Assembly (NCBI GenBank): GCA_030770535.1
Contig: JASVEC010000013.1
Span: 1-64,000 of the forward strand
Length of the DNA stretch: 64,000 nt
Origin: Batkoa obscura
Lineage: Eukaryota
Direction: 5' to 3'
Below, in pieces: positions 11,600 through 25,166 of the stretch (within the stretch, counting starts at the first letter, position 1; every line of letters begins with the position of its first letter). The notes below the pieces were generated by a model. It was given only the letters and a program-made list of their open reading frames with translations, had not been told where the DNA came from and did no database searches. The position numbers and the translations under genes were made by a program.

Positions 11600-12886
11600 T
11601 CACTGTTGGCCACACTGAACCCCAGAATAGCACTGCGATGAACTATCAGGTAAATTACTAGGTTGGGTATCGCTTTCACCATTTTCTTTTGGACGGGAAG
11701 AGTTCACATCAGATAAAACCACTTCCTCGTACTTTTCTAAATTTGATATTGGCTCTTCAGGTGGTAGTAACTGTGATAAAAGCTCAAGATTGTTAGGAGT
11801 AAGCCAATAGGGAGATGGGAATTCGATGTCAAATTTAATATATAAATCGCCTTTTTCTGATTGATGGTAGATGGGCATTCCTTCACTTTGAATAATCTTG
11901 GTGTCACCTAAAAAATATTAGTATCCCTATTATCGATAGTACTACAATTATTTACCTGATTTGCTTATTTCTCCGGGAAGAATTGATAGTAATAATTCTC
12001 TGCCGTCTAAATGTTTGATTACTATCCGACCACCGCATAAGGCTGTTGATAACTTTATTTTAACCTCACAGTGTAAATCACTATTTTTTCTAACAAATCT
12101 TTCATGGGGTTTTTGTTCGACGACAAATATTATAGAACCAGGAATTAAGGAAGGTGCTTGATCTCCTTCCCTTTCAAAAATAATACGCTGTTTATCAATC
12201 ATGCCCTTTTCAATATTTACACGAAATATCTTTTTTTGATTAATTATTCGACGACCATTACAAGCCTCACATTGATTTTTTCTTGATGGAACTTCGCCTC
12301 TTCCTTTACAATCTGTACAAGCAACTTTCACTTTTTGTAGCATTGGACCCACCGTTCTATATTTTGAAACAAATCGAGTCATGTTACAAGTCGAGCAAGG
12401 TTCCATATCAGCTGAAGTACCATAAAACTCATTACAGCTTTGACATATAGCATCTTTGTTTAATTTTGGGTAGAAAACTTTTCCATTATATAAATCTTCT
12501 AAGGAAACTCTCAAAATATGAGCTACATCTTTGCCCTTTTTAGGTGACATATTTTTGTTAAATCCGCTATAATGGCATTTGAACTCTCTTTCTTTACCAT
12601 TGTTTGAGGTGAATAGTTGAGAAAACAAATCATCTGATACTGAATTTGGGTTATTATATTGCTTTTTTGTATTTATTTCATTATTGGTTGTTGATCCCTC
12701 TAAATTTATCAAAGTTTCATATGCATTTGAAATCTCTTTAAATTTATCCCCAGCAGTTGGATTTTTATCAGGATGGTATTCTTTTGCTAACTTGTAATAA
12801 GCATTCTTTAATTGAGACTGTGTACATCCTGGCTTTACATTTAATACTTGATATAAATTACTGTTGTTTTCCATAATATTGATCAT
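11600..12886 (-). CDS. Type I DnaJ/Hsp40 (YDJ1/XDJ1-like), 2 exons, C-terminal CaaX
   Basis: J domain with HPDKNP, four CxxC motifs, GEGMP...[13 protein letters not shown], terminal CGQQ. Confidence 0.9.
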
Positions 12887-14617
12887 TTATTTATATGATT
12901 ATTAAAAGATTAAAATTTGATTTTTAGCTTTTTTGTTTATTTATACAAATTATTGGAAACTTTGTTTATCCGGAAATCCCATCCTTGATGTTCTACTAAA
13001 GAATTCTTACTAAATTGTCCAATATCCTTAATTGATTTCACTTTTGTATAGCGAATTATTGATCTTCAAATAGAATTAAACTTTAATTTGTTAGCTCAAA
13101 TGAGAAAAATTACTTTATTTGTAACTCATCTGACATAACATATGAAGGAAAATTGTCACAATTTATTTAATAAGATTTGTCCCGCATAAAAAAATTTCCT
13201 TCTTGAAAAGTTCGGGTTAAGGTAGCTTTTAATTTGTAGGTAAACCGGATTATAAATTAAGCATATTTTTTGAATTAAAACGTGAAAACCTCAAGTGTTT
13301 TAAAAGTAGTTAAGCACAACTTTGACAAATATATTTTTAGGATAAATTCAATTCCAAGTACTCATTTAATTTAATAGAAGTTTACCAATATTGATATAAC
13401 ACTTATTTTTTGTTTGTTATAGCTTGTAACGATTATTTGTAAGACTAATTATAGATAAACCTCACGCTTTTAAATATCGCCTTAGCTAAACTATACATCC
13501 AACCTACTAGTTTGATAATATACTAAGCAATATTTAGTAGGACTTAGAATATCAATGTTTACAGTTCATTCTTTTTTAAAAATAAAAATGATTTAAATTT
13601 TATTTTAAATAATTTAATCTGTCATAATTTAAAACTAATAATCAATCAAAATAGTCTTATTTTGATTTATAATAACTTTGACACTTGGGAAAAGACTGTT
13701 AGAAATATAATAACATATGATAATATAATATAAGATACATCAATAAAAAAATAATCGTTTAAATTTTACTCTAAGAGAGAAATTTTATTGAATAGTTTAT
13801 AAGTATAAAGCAAAGGTATATACTCTATTTTTACAATAGTTACAGTGAAATTATATTGGAAACCGTAAACATTAATATATATTTTAATCTAAACAGTGTG
13901 AGTACTTTATTTTATATTGAGTTGAGAGTATTAATAATTTAATAATTTAATAATTTAATAATAAATTGCTATAACTGGTACTTTTTATTTTAAAAAGATA
14001 ATGAATTTATCCCATACTCCTAATAATAACTCTAAGCAATCTTTGTGATTACCCACTTAGGTACAGTTTTTTTGAAACAAATTTATCGCAAACAAACAGA
14101 ATTTTTATTTTAATCATGGCTATATTTCACGAATCGGTCTTGACCTGATTAGCTCTAGACATACTAAAAAATTGATAGGCCTAACTTATCGAATGTATCC
14201 AAGTGATTAAGATGGCTAGGTCCATATAACAAAATTCTATACCAAAGTTCAAAAGCACTTAGCTACTTTCATGATTTTGTTTTTATTATTATATTTTTAT
14301 AATAATAATATCATCACCAAGTTATTTGACAATAAACTATGGGTTCATCGTTAGGCCATTGCTAATACTACTTTAAGGTACCTTATCCGTTTTTTTAAAA
14401 AATGTGTAAAATTCTTTATAGAAGAATAGTTTCTAAAAAATTCTATTACAAATAAATATTCATATATTTAATAATAGACTATAGCTTTATAGTTATATTA
14501 CTATTATTTAAAGAAAACAAATAACTTGTAAACATTATTTGACAGCGCTACAAAAAATAACAAAACAAGTTTATCTAATTAATCTTTTACAATAAATAAA
14601 ATTTTATTATAATATAT

Positions 14618-14714
14618 GGGGGTGTTTTTTTTAGTTTCATTATTTTTTCCATTTTAAGCGTTGTTTGAGCGGAAAGATTGTTAGTAAAATTCTTAAACAA
14701 AAAAATACATCTTC
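14618..14714 (-). mobile_element. MITE family A copy
   Basis: Consensus match, ATAT TSD. Confidence 0.88.
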
Positions 14715-14776
14715 ATATAAAAAAGTCGTTAATTTTTTTAGAATTTTATAGATATTTTGTATTGTATTAAACATTT

Positions 14777-14869
14777 GAGAGTGTTTTTTTTGGCTTCATT
14801 ATTTTTTCCATTTTCTAAGTGTTATTTGAGCGGAAAGACTGTTAGTAAATAAACAAAAAATACATCCCC
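14777..14869 (-). mobile_element. MITE family A copy with ATTT TSD
   Basis: ATTT-GAGAG...CCCC-ATTT; small internal deletion. Confidence 0.88.
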
Positions 14870-15781
14870 ATTTTATTTAAAAAAATAAAAACTGATGCTT
14901 ATAATCCTGTAATAAAAAACTGAAAAGCACTTATTTAATAATCAAACATGATGAAAGTATTAATTTTTACTTATTGTCTATTTTTCATCTTTGTATAATG
15001 TTAATTACTAATAAAAATAGCTATTTATATACTATATATTTTTAAATTCAATTATTTAATACCAAAGTATATCAATTTTCCGCTCTTTTAAAGATTTTAA
15101 AAAAGTTTTAATTTTACATCTAATTTTATTATAGTTATTATACTATTGCTTATCAACAAAATTTATTTATTTTAAAAAACTAATATCAAAGTTTCTTAAA
15201 CAGAGTTTAATAAGAAATAAAACTTAAATTGAAATTTTTTACTATGTATATAAACAAATAATGCAGTATTATATAAGTTAATCACTACATATTTTTTTAC
15301 AATTACAATGAAAAGTATAAAAAATTTCTATTCTAAAGTACATGTTGCTTGTGTTTATCAAAATTATAAATTGTTACTATTATGGTATAATATTATAGTT
15401 TTAAACACAAGTCTTTTAAATTTATTCAAACTTTTACAAGTTTTCATTATTAATTTTAGCATTTGGATTGAAAATTAGCTAATTTGATACAAAAATAGCG
15501 TAGTATTGGGTAAGAATAAAATGTAGTTGAACTTTTATTCTTTAATATAATTTTAATGGTAAGTTTGCTAAATCAAAGTTGTTTTTTTAGTATTTATATT
15601 AAAAAAATAATATGACATATCATCCCTTTTAGATAGATAAATAGAAAATAAATAGAATTCTTAAAGAATATTAATGTATGGCGTTATTTTAGCAAATTAT
15701 TTATAATAGACATGTATTAGTATAAAAAGAAAGTAATTACTCTCTTGTTTTTATAAATTATAACTCTTAAAAATAAATATA

Positions 15782-16885
15782 ATGAAATTTCATTTATTAA
15801 GTTTAGTTGCTATAAGTACTGTCGTTAGTAAACCATCTCAAGGTGACTTAAGTGAAGGTAATCGTCTAGTTAAAACTTCCTTAAACGAAGCTCCAAAGTG
15901 GTTAAATTATGACCAAGTTTCGGAACTTATTAAGGAAGGAATCCATTTCATAGATATCACCGATGATAAAGAAGATAACGTTGCTGTTCAAAGATCTAGC
16001 ATTAAATCAGTTTTGGATACTGAATTCGAAGTTCCTTCTGATATTAGATATTGGGATTTGGTTAGAAAAGGAATTCAACATATATCTAAAACAAAAGCAA
16101 AATCTTTACTTACAACTCTTTCAAGCTATCATAACCGCTATTATAATGCTAGTACTGGGGTTCAAAGTGCAGAGTGGATTCATTCTCAAGCAAAACTTTC
16201 CATAGATAAGCTTGGTAATGGTGCTAATATTAAGTTCTTTAACCACACTTGGCCACAGCCTTCAGTTATTGCTACAATTCCTGGATCTGATTTAAAAGAT
16301 GAAGTAGTAATTATTGGGGCTCATTTAGATTCAATTAATCGTACTGAAAGAGCAACTGGCCGCGCACCTGGTGCTGATGATGATGGTACTGGAACCGTTT
16401 CTTTACTTCAAGCATTGAATGCTTTAGCTCAAATTAACTTTAAGCCACGTCGTACATTACAATTTCAATGGTATGCTGCTGAAGAAGTAGGTTTGAGAGG
16501 ATCACGCGCTATTGCTAAAGAATATAGAGACAAGAATGTAAATGTTGTAACCCAGCTCCAATTAGATATGAATGGCCATTTAGTCAATAGACAAATACGT
16601 ATTGTAAATGATTTCACTGATCCAGAACTTAATGCTTTAGTTAAAAGACTTATTGAAGCATATACAGAATATTATTGGGTGGACGGTAAATGTGGCTATG
16701 GGTGCTCAGATCATGCTTCTTGGAATGAACAAGGTTACCGATCCGCATTCCCATTAGAAGATAAATCAACACCGTACATTCATACCGAAAATGATACAGT
16801 TGCAAATGTTAATTTTGATCATTGGTACCAGTTTGCTCGTTTAGGACTTGCATATACGATTGAGTTATCTGAACCAAGAAATTAA
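15782..16885 (+). CDS. Secreted M28 leucine aminopeptidase (LAP1-like)
   Basis: Signal peptide; GAHLDSIN, APGADDDGTG, YAAEEVGLRGS, QLDM, CGYGCSDHASW, IHTEND. Confidence 0.93.
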   Translation: MKFHLLSLVAISTVVSKPSQGDLSEGNRLVKTSLNEAPKWLNYDQVSELIKEGIHFIDITDDKEDNVAVQRSSIKSVLDTEFEVPSDIRYWDLVRKGIQHISKTKAKSLLTTLSSYHNRYYNASTGVQSAEWIHSQAKLSIDKLGNGANIKFFNHTWPQPSVIATIPGSDLKDEVVIIGAHLDSINRTERATGRAPGADDDGTGTVSLLQALNALAQINFKPRRTLQFQWYAAEEVGLRGSRAIAKEYRDKNVNVVTQLQLDMNGHLVNRQIRIVNDFTDPELNALVKRLIEAYTEYYWVDGKCGYGCSDHASWNEQGYRSAFPLEDKSTPYIHTENDTVANVNFDHWYQFARLGLAYTIELSEPRN

Positions 16886-17387
16886 ATAGTTTTCAGGGGT
16901 GATATTTGATTTCGAATATAATTATAATAAATTTAATAATTTTTAAACATAAATTGTTTTTCACTTTTTTAAATTTAAAGTATCCATTTTAAAATTTTAT
17001 AACTGAAAAATTAAACCTATTGTTTTTTTTTTATTAATTTTCATATAAATAATAAAATAGAATAATTCCATTAAATAATACATTTGTTTATTTACAAGTA
17101 AAGTTTCAATATTGAAACTTTCTTATAAAATGTGGGAACATCGTTTCAGTTTACTATCTTGTTCATTTTTATGTAAAATATAATTTTAAAGGGTTATTAG
17201 TCAAATGATGAAATAAAAAGGTCATACTGTATCTTTTAAGGGATGATTAAACTATCCATATAGTATTTGCATTATCAATGAATTGATATTTAATTTTTAT
17301 AATTAGAAGGTATTAAAAATTATAAAATTATAAGTTAAATTAAACATTATACATATATACTTATAATAAGATTATTTGAATTATTTA

Positions 17388-18784
17388 TTAATGCCCAGTC
17401 GAAGTCATAACTCTAGTTCCTTCAAAATCTGCAATTAAATTTTTAACAGAATCAATTGAACCTAAAATAAGCCCTAATACTCCAACAATAACACATAATG
17501 TACTTAAAACATATTCCCAAATTGCTCTATTTTTAAACCCAAATAATTTATAATGACATGCTAGTGGTACTAAAAAGATAATTATACAATTAGATACCGC
17601 CCCTATTAAAGCCATGAGATCGTTGAAATAAGGGACATAGATAGCAATAACTGTAAGCACAAGCCCAACTACTGTTCTTAAAATAGCTCTACATATTAAT
17701 TCACGAGTGGCTGACATATATTTACGATCTATCTTTAACCAACTTTCTTGTTCTAAACAAAACGAACATAAATAAATAGGTGCAGCTAAAATAACGTGGA
17801 GTGTAATAACAAGGTAAGCAAATATTGCACCTGCTTTATAGGATGCAGATTCTAATAAAGAATCAATTATAGGGGATTTTACATCACTTCCATATACTAA
17901 ATATCCAGCAACACCTACTATTACATACATAGTTGTGATGGTTATAATCGCGCCTAACAACACAAAATTCCAACGTTTTGGGCTCCTCATTCCAACTTCA
18001 ACATGTGGATAAACAACATTACCACTATATGAAAATGCAATGGTAGCCATGGCCAAAGGTAGTCCCGACCACTCTACAACTTTGGTACTTGGTTGTACAT
18101 AATCCACTGAGCTCATTTCCAACCCTCCTACAACAACTACTGCTATAACAACTGCAAAGGTTGCAAAAGCACCAAAAGCAGCCAACCAAGCAACTTCTTT
18201 TAAAGTTTTCAATAAAGTGGTTGGTATAATGATTATAATACCGGCCAATAAAGTCCAAATCTGTTGAGACAATATTTCAGTGTTATTATTAAGATTTGTA
18301 GAAACCTTATGAATATTTAACCCAGTTAAAAGTATATAAAGGCAAGCACATGAAAGCAAAATAGAATAGTGAAATACTTTGACAAAATATCTCCCAAATT
18401 TACCAAAAGCAGCTTCTCCAATATCAGGAAACTCTTCTAATCTTTCACCTCTATTAAAAAAGATAAATAAATGTTTAAATGATGTTATAATAATACTTAC
18501 GGTTTGTAATAAAGGCACTCAATTAGTAATTTTCCTGTATACATAGCTAATATTGCAGCAATAAAAAATAGAACCAGCGTTACCCAACCACCAGTATGTA
18601 TAGCATAAGGCAATCCTAAAGTTCCGGTACCAGCAACAACGCATACTATGTTAAAGTAAGCTCCAAAACTAGACCCTGTACGATGTTCATCTTGCTTATT
18701 GCTTGTAATTGACTTTTCACAAGTTACTTGATTTACTTCCGAGTTAAATTCATTACTGATTTCATTAACATGATCTTTCCCCAT
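17388..18784 (-). CDS. AVT1-like amino acid transporter (Aa_trans), 2 exons
   Basis: GAYFNIVCVVAGTGTLGLPYA, FSYSGNVVYPHVE, PYFNDLMALIGA; intron after CLYYKP. Confidence 0.92.
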
Positions 18785-21140
18785 TATTTTAAATAAATAT
18801 ATTATATACAATCAGCAAAAAATTTGTTTTTTTAAGTTTATTATAATTAATTAGATCCACATAACTTATTTATATAGTTCAATTTTTGATACATTTTAGA
18901 ATAAATCCCTGTATATGCCCTATGATCATCTATCTAATTACATCTAACATCAGTGGGTATATTTTATAAAACTAGTTATAGACTTATGATATCATTATAT
19001 CTAAATGAGGATTCTTTTGGTCAATTTTAGTTAAAGTCAGCTGCTTAAATGAATGAAAGCCTAAAAGTGACATCATTATAATTAAATAGGGTTGTTTATT
19101 AGAGTTTAACAAAATGATCAGGAGATGTCATTACTAAAGAATAAATAAATTAATGAGAAGTTCTACTTCAAGCCAACCAATTGTTCTCGAGAAAATTACT
19201 TCAAAATGGCTAATGAAAAAAATTAAAATAATTAAATATTTTAAACCAGGGTTTATATACACATGATAGAATACTAATAACGCTAATTATCTATAACAAT
19301 TTTAATTATAGTTTATTTCTCTTTGTAGCAGGAAGATTAACCTTTTATTTAAATCTCGCTATAAGCCTACTTGATAAACTGCACATTTTTAATGTATAAT
19401 GGTCAACTTTGTAGGAAAATCGGTTATTACATTTTACTTAGCCTTAGTCAAGTAATCAACCTTAATAGCTTTATTACTTTAGAATAATTAATTATTTACA
19501 TGTCCAATAAAGTTTTATCTTGATAAGTAATTCAATGACAATATCATAATAATAAAAAAGGTAACTTGGCATTATGTTATTATTTTTTCCATCTATGTCA
19601 AAAAGTGTAAAGAAGTCAATAATTTGAAGATGAAACTTCAAAAAGAAAGCAATGGTATACGATTGTAATGAATCTCTTAAGTATAATATATTGAAAGTTT
19701 ATATAATTGTTTTAAACGGATAGTCTGGCTTTAGATTTATCTACTTGTTTTCAAGGTTTAATCCTGAATTTTGCTTTATTATTATATTATCTGTAATATG
19801 ATGAATAAAATTTGCCGATGTTATTTTATAAATTTTAATTGTGGCCAATTCTGGTAGCGAAACCATGACATCATTTTAATTTCGAATATTTATTTGACAT
19901 AATTTTAATAATAAAAATAGATAGAAATAAATATATAGCTACATTTCTAGAATTTTCCTTTAATCATTCAACTATAGCATTATCATTTATCGAAATTTTT
20001 ATACTATAATCATAATATGTTAAATTAAAATATCTAAAGTGTTATTCTGATTAAACATTTAACTTTTGAAATATAATACAAATAATTAAAACAAATGCCT
20101 CTTATTAATACAAAAACTATGGATAATAAATCCTTTACCAGTATATTCTGATCAAAAAATCAAGTAATATTTATCAAAGGTTAGAAAGTTGCTCATCAAA
20201 ACAAAAAAGGTATTCGTGAAAAAATAAAGTCAAATCTGAACAAAAAATAAGAATCATTAGAGTACTTTTATAAAAAGTGGAAAAAGTGAGTATTTAGATG
20301 ATAACTTTATATTGATTTCTTTATATTTTGATAAATGCTAGCTCTGTTTTTTAATAAGAACATCAAGGAAAGATATGCTTATCATTTGCTTTGCTAAATC
20401 CAATTATTAGTTGACCCCGATTTTCTATTTATAAAATAACCATATATACTTTCAGTAATAAGCAATATAACATCTAAATAAGCATTTTAAGAAATTGAAG
20501 TTTTTAATCTATTTTTTTACATTATTTTAATAATATCACATTAAACTTGAATTATACTATACATTTTATAATTAGTATAATTTGAAGCATACCTTTCACA
20601 TAAATATACAGGAAATGCAAAATTTCATTGTAAATAGTATATGTCTCTATGCTAATAGAACAAAAAGTTATTTTTATCAAAAAATTCAAACCAGCAACCA
20701 GAAGTTAAGAGTGTGAAGAAATCAGATAGTGACTAATTTTTACAAGAACCAATGAATCACTTCAATATTTGAATGATTTTTAATTGGCATTTAATGGACT
20801 ACTTCAGTTGAAGTAATTTTATTATGACATTATATAAAATATAGGCTTATAAAGTAATATTGAATTAATTCATTGTTATTAAAAATCCTTAAGGTATTTC
20901 AATGATAAATGTCTATTTATAATATCAATAAATGTAAAAATTGCAATTACTATGAATAATGGGTAATTGGTAATGATTTATTTCAAGCAAATGACCAATA
21001 AAATTTTACCGTTATTTAGCACCATGATTTCATGACAAGGAAATTAGGTTTGGAAGTATTTTTTAATAGCGATTTAAGGTAATATATCTTATAAACAACT
21101 TTTTATATTTAATAAATCAAAATAAATAGAAAAAATTATA

Positions 21141-24100
21141 ATGATAAAGAAAAATGATATTGTTGTTTTGGAAATTCTAGCAATACAAGGGCGTAATTTA
21201 CCTAACAAAGATTTTTTTAAAAAGCAAGATCCATTTCTAACCTTTCATATTGGCGAACAAGTACATCGCACCAAAGTTGATAAAAACGGCGGAACAAGAC
21301 CAGAATGGAATAACAGGTTAAGATTCGAGAGATTACGTGACCCTGTAGAAACTATAATGAAAATAAAATGTTTTGATGATGAATGGAAGAGGAAAGAGCA
21401 ATTTATTGGTGAGTGTGCAGTTGATTTGGGCCCTGTCTATAAAACAGGTGAATGTGATGGATGGTTTAAGTTATATGATCGAGGTAATCCAGCAGGCGAA
21501 GTTTATTTAGAACTAACCTTTTATACTCAAAATGGTATCTCCAAAAAATATGCACAGGGAGTTGAGACATTAGCAATGGTACCTGAAGTTAAAACTTCAC
21601 CGCCCAGCAAGCCTATTACTGGACCACAGCCGATAAATTCTCCAGGGAATACTGTTAAAGCAAATAAGATAGATGGCTTGGAAAATCAAAAAATAACACC
21701 TGATGACACAAACAAAAATCAAATTGAGGTAGTTAATGTAGGAAAAGTTCAACCAGTAAATGTCGTTCAGATACCCCCTAACATTCAGGATACGTCAACT
21801 GTAGATATCCCAAACGTTAATGCTATCAGCCCTTTCAAAGTTGATGAGACCCATAACGGTCAAGAAGAAAAAATTGATAACGAAAAAAGCTCAAATTCAA
21901 AGCCAGAGGGTATTGCTATTAACCAAAGTTCAACTGTCGAGAGCCTAACTCAAAGTTTGCAGAATATAAACATTAATGGTCAAGAAAGTTCACTAAATAC
22001 TTCAGAGAATGGTAACCAACATCCTAATAAGATAGTTTCAGGGGTAACTGGCAATGTTGGGGAAATTGCAACTTCTTTAAAAACTAACGACTCTATTCCA
22101 GTATCAAATAATCCAGGAAGTATAAAAAACGAATCTACAAATCATTCTAATCCATCTCAGCCTTCAGATGATAATATGATAAATCAATATCATAACCAAG
22201 CAGTAGATCATCATCAACAAAAGTTAGAAGAAGCAAAGCAAACCGATATCCAAATAGTAAATGAGCCTTATATACCCGCCTATATAAATGCAAACGTAGC
22301 AGCTGGAATAGCAAATGCAGCTGCATCGAATACCCACTTTAACCAAAATGAAGTCACTACAACACCAAGTGATATACCACAATCTAGTTTCCAGGCACAA
22401 TTGAAAGCACAACTTGAAGCAAGAAAAAATAAACAAAACTTACAACATGTAATAAATCAAGATAGTGTTTCAATACACCCACATGTAGTTGATAATCAAG
22501 TACTATCTAATAACACAATCAATTCATCTATAAATAGCACTGAAAATCAAATATCAAGTGCTCAAGTAAGTCAAATCCATCCTATAAACAACAACAACCC
22601 AACTACTCAAGTGAATCATGTGACTCAAGCACAAAATAACTCAATTTATAATCCACCTCAAATTCATCAAGATACACATGATATCCAGCTAAATACCCAA
22701 AAAGCAAATCAAGAGCAATTTAGCCAAGATCATCACACTAAACCAATATCCAATAGTGTTACAGTTGCTGAAACACATTCAATTACTAGTCAAGAACAAA
22801 AGCCAACCTTGAAGGAAAATCATGCTCATTCAACCGTAACTAGCTCCCAGAACCAAGCATACCAAAGTGTAGTACCAGTGGCTCAACAAGTTCATACACA
22901 AAATGCTGTTTATAATACAGGTAGTAGTACATCAATACACCAATCTTCTCCAAGTTCCCACCAAACTCAAACTTCAGGCGAAAATATAGCAGTTAATCAA
23001 CTACAGCCACCAATGCACCAACAAATCCAAGCTACCCCAGATAGCCTTGTTCAAAGCACTCCTATATCACAGATAACCTTAGCTCATTCCATCAATCAAA
23101 ATGTGACCAATAATCAAAGTTATCCGATTTTATCGACAGCTGAGCCACAACAACAGGTACATACCCAAGCCCATAATGTGATGCTAAAAACTCAGGATAT
23201 AGCGCCACAAGCTCAAAATGTAACTAGTAATCAAGGTCATTCGATTCTATCAACAGTTGAACCACATCAACAGATATATACTCAAACTCATAATATATCG
23301 CCACAAACACAAAATATAGCTAGTAACCAGAGTCAACCAATTTTATCGACGGCTGTATCACAACAACAGGTGGATATTCAAACTCATAACGTATCAACAC
23401 AGCCTCAAAGCAGCTTACCTGGAAGTCAACACTCGAGTTTATATCAAAATCAAGTTAATCAAAGCTTAGCTTCTATTGGTCATTATAGTCAACAAAATCA
23501 AGGGCAAGTACCTTATAAACCAGTTCAACACCAAAATTCAATAAATAACGAATTAAACTATAATCAAAATACAAATACACCACATTCGTTACAAATATCT
23601 ACTAATACTACACAGGTATACGCTAACAATAGTCAAAGTCAACCACATTTATCTTCTTATCCTACTACATCAATTGCCCAAGTTAATATCCATGGACAAG
23701 CACAAACTGTATCCCAACTGAATCATAGTATAACTGGAAACCCTAATATGGATTCACCTATAGGCTCCCCTTATTATACTACGCCATATTATAATAGTAA
23801 TTCATATCAATCTCCTGTTTACAACAATACTGAGACATTAACAGGAGGAGGAGTATATAATACTGGACCAATCTATCCTCCAGCAATCAACTATACTGAA
23901 GTACAGCAACAACCCCTTGGTTTTGTGTTTAATCAGGTTTACCATCCACCTCCAGCAATGGCATATCCACCTAATAAATATAGCACTAACAATACTTTTG
24001 CACCACAACCTCCAGTACCAGTAGCTAATTATATTCCTAATACTAATACTAATACAAATACAAATACAAATACAAATAACTATACTCCCAATGCTAATAG

Positions 24101-24500
24101 TTACAATAATTACAATTATAACAGTAATAGCTATAACAGTAATTATAGTCATAATAATAATTATAATAGCAATAGCTATAATAACAATAATTATAACAGT
24201 AATTATAATACCAGTACTAGTTCTATTGTACCACCCCCATTACCGAATAAACCATTAGACATGCCAAGTAATTATACATCGAATTTACCACCACCTTTAC
24301 CATCAAGGGTACAAAGTCAACCGCCAATTCAACCTAATTTTGAAGGATTTTCATTTCCACAACCTAATGTACCAACAAATAGTAATAATACTTATCAACA
24401 ACCAATTCCAGTAGTAAATAATAATAATTATAAACCATTCCCTGCACCTGAAGAGAAAAAGAAAAAGAAAAAAAATCCATTTAAATTCTTGGACTTTTAA
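21141..24500 (+). CDS. N-terminal C2-domain protein with long Q/N/S-rich region and PxxP tail (Fic1/Inn1-like architecture)
   Basis: RNLPNKDFFKKQDPF...RTKVDKNGGTRPEWN, GEVYLELTFY; PPPLP motifs; polybasic C-terminus. Confidence 0.8.
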   Translation: MIKKNDIVVLEILAIQGRNLPNKDFFKKQDPFLTFHIGEQVHRTKVDKNGGTRPEWNNRLRFERLRDPVETIMKIKCFDDEWKRKEQFIGECAVDLGPVYKTGECDGWFKLYDRGNPAGEVYLELTFYTQNGISKKYAQGVETLAMVPEVKTSPPSKPITGPQPINSPGNTVKANKIDGLENQKITPDDTNKNQIEVVNVGKVQPVNVVQIPPNIQDTSTVDIPNVNAISPFKVDETHNGQEEKIDNEKSSNSKPEGIAINQSSTVESLTQSLQNININGQESSLNTSENGNQHPNKIVSGVTGNVGEIATSLKTNDSIPVSNNPGSIKNESTNHSNPSQPSDDNMINQYHNQAVDHHQQKLEEAKQTDIQIVNEPYIPAYINANVAAGIANAAASNTHFNQNEVTTTPSDIPQSSFQAQLKAQLEARKNKQNLQHVINQDSVSIHPHVVDNQVLSNNTINSSINSTENQISSAQVSQIHPINNNNPTTQVNHVTQAQNNSIYNPPQIHQDTHDIQLNTQKANQEQFSQDHHTKPISNSVTVAETHSITSQEQKPTLKENHAHSTVTSSQNQAYQSVVPVAQQVHTQNAVYNTGSSTSIHQSSPSSHQTQTSGENIAVNQLQPPMHQQIQATPDSLVQSTPISQITLAHSINQNVTNNQSYPILSTAEPQQQVHTQAHNVMLKTQDIAPQAQNVTSNQGHSILSTVEPHQQIYTQTHNISPQTQNIASNQSQPILSTAVSQQQVDIQTHNVSTQPQSSLPGSQHSSLYQNQVNQSLASIGHYSQQNQGQVPYKPVQHQNSINNELNYNQNTNTPHSLQISTNTTQVYANNSQSQPHLSSYPTTSIAQVNIHGQAQTVSQLNHSITGNPNMDSPIGSPYYTTPYYNSNSYQSPVYNNTETLTGGGVYNTGPIYPPAINYTEVQQQPLGFVFNQVYHPPPAMAYPPNKYSTNNTFAPQPPVPVANYIPNTNTNTNTNTNTNNYTPNANSYNNYNYNSNSYNSNYSHNNNYNSNSYNNNNYNSNYNTSTSSIVPPPLPNKPLDMPSNYTSNLPPPLPSRVQSQPPIQPNFEGFSFPQPNVPTNSNNTYQQPIPVVNNNNYKPFPAPEEKKKKKKNPFKFLDF

Positions 24501-25166
24501 AAAGAGATTTTGCTAACATTATTATAATATATTCTTTACGTTTTTGATATTTTTTAATAAACTGTTATTTTAATATTATATTTTTTATTATAACATTTTA
24601 TATAAAAATACAAGAACTAGATTAAAGGCAAAGTAAATTTATTTTAAAAATGGTTTGTATCTGATAACGTAAAACTATAAATAGATGTAATTAAAGGAAG
24701 TCAAATGGAATGTCAATTCATATTTGCAGTTTACTTTGAAAATTTAATAGCAATATGTTTTTATAATATGGAAATTCTATTATTATTTTTATTTAAACAG
24801 TTTATGAACTTATTGTAATTATGAATTATAATATAATTGATCATTCAAAGTACAAATTATTTTGGAACTGATCATTCAAAAGAAATAACTTGTTTAAATC
24901 TAGATTCAAAAATCAAATGATTAAATAAAGACAATTAAAGTAAAAGTAAATTAAAATGATGTTACAATGTGATTATGTAATTTTATCTAAATATTATATT
25001 TATTTGATTTAAAACAATTGTACTATATATAGTTATATTTAGAATCAGTTGATTTCTTTTAGAGAATATGGTTTTAGAAATAAAATTATGATAAACCGAT
25101 ACATAAATCAAACATAAAGAGTATATAAATAAACCAGACATTAGAAGACTTTTATAAAACATAATA

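Noticed and set aside
19068..19873. TGACATCA CRE/ATF-like sites (19068, 19866; also 3137)
   Set aside because: A few 8-mers in 64 kb cannot be distinguished from chance without conservation data
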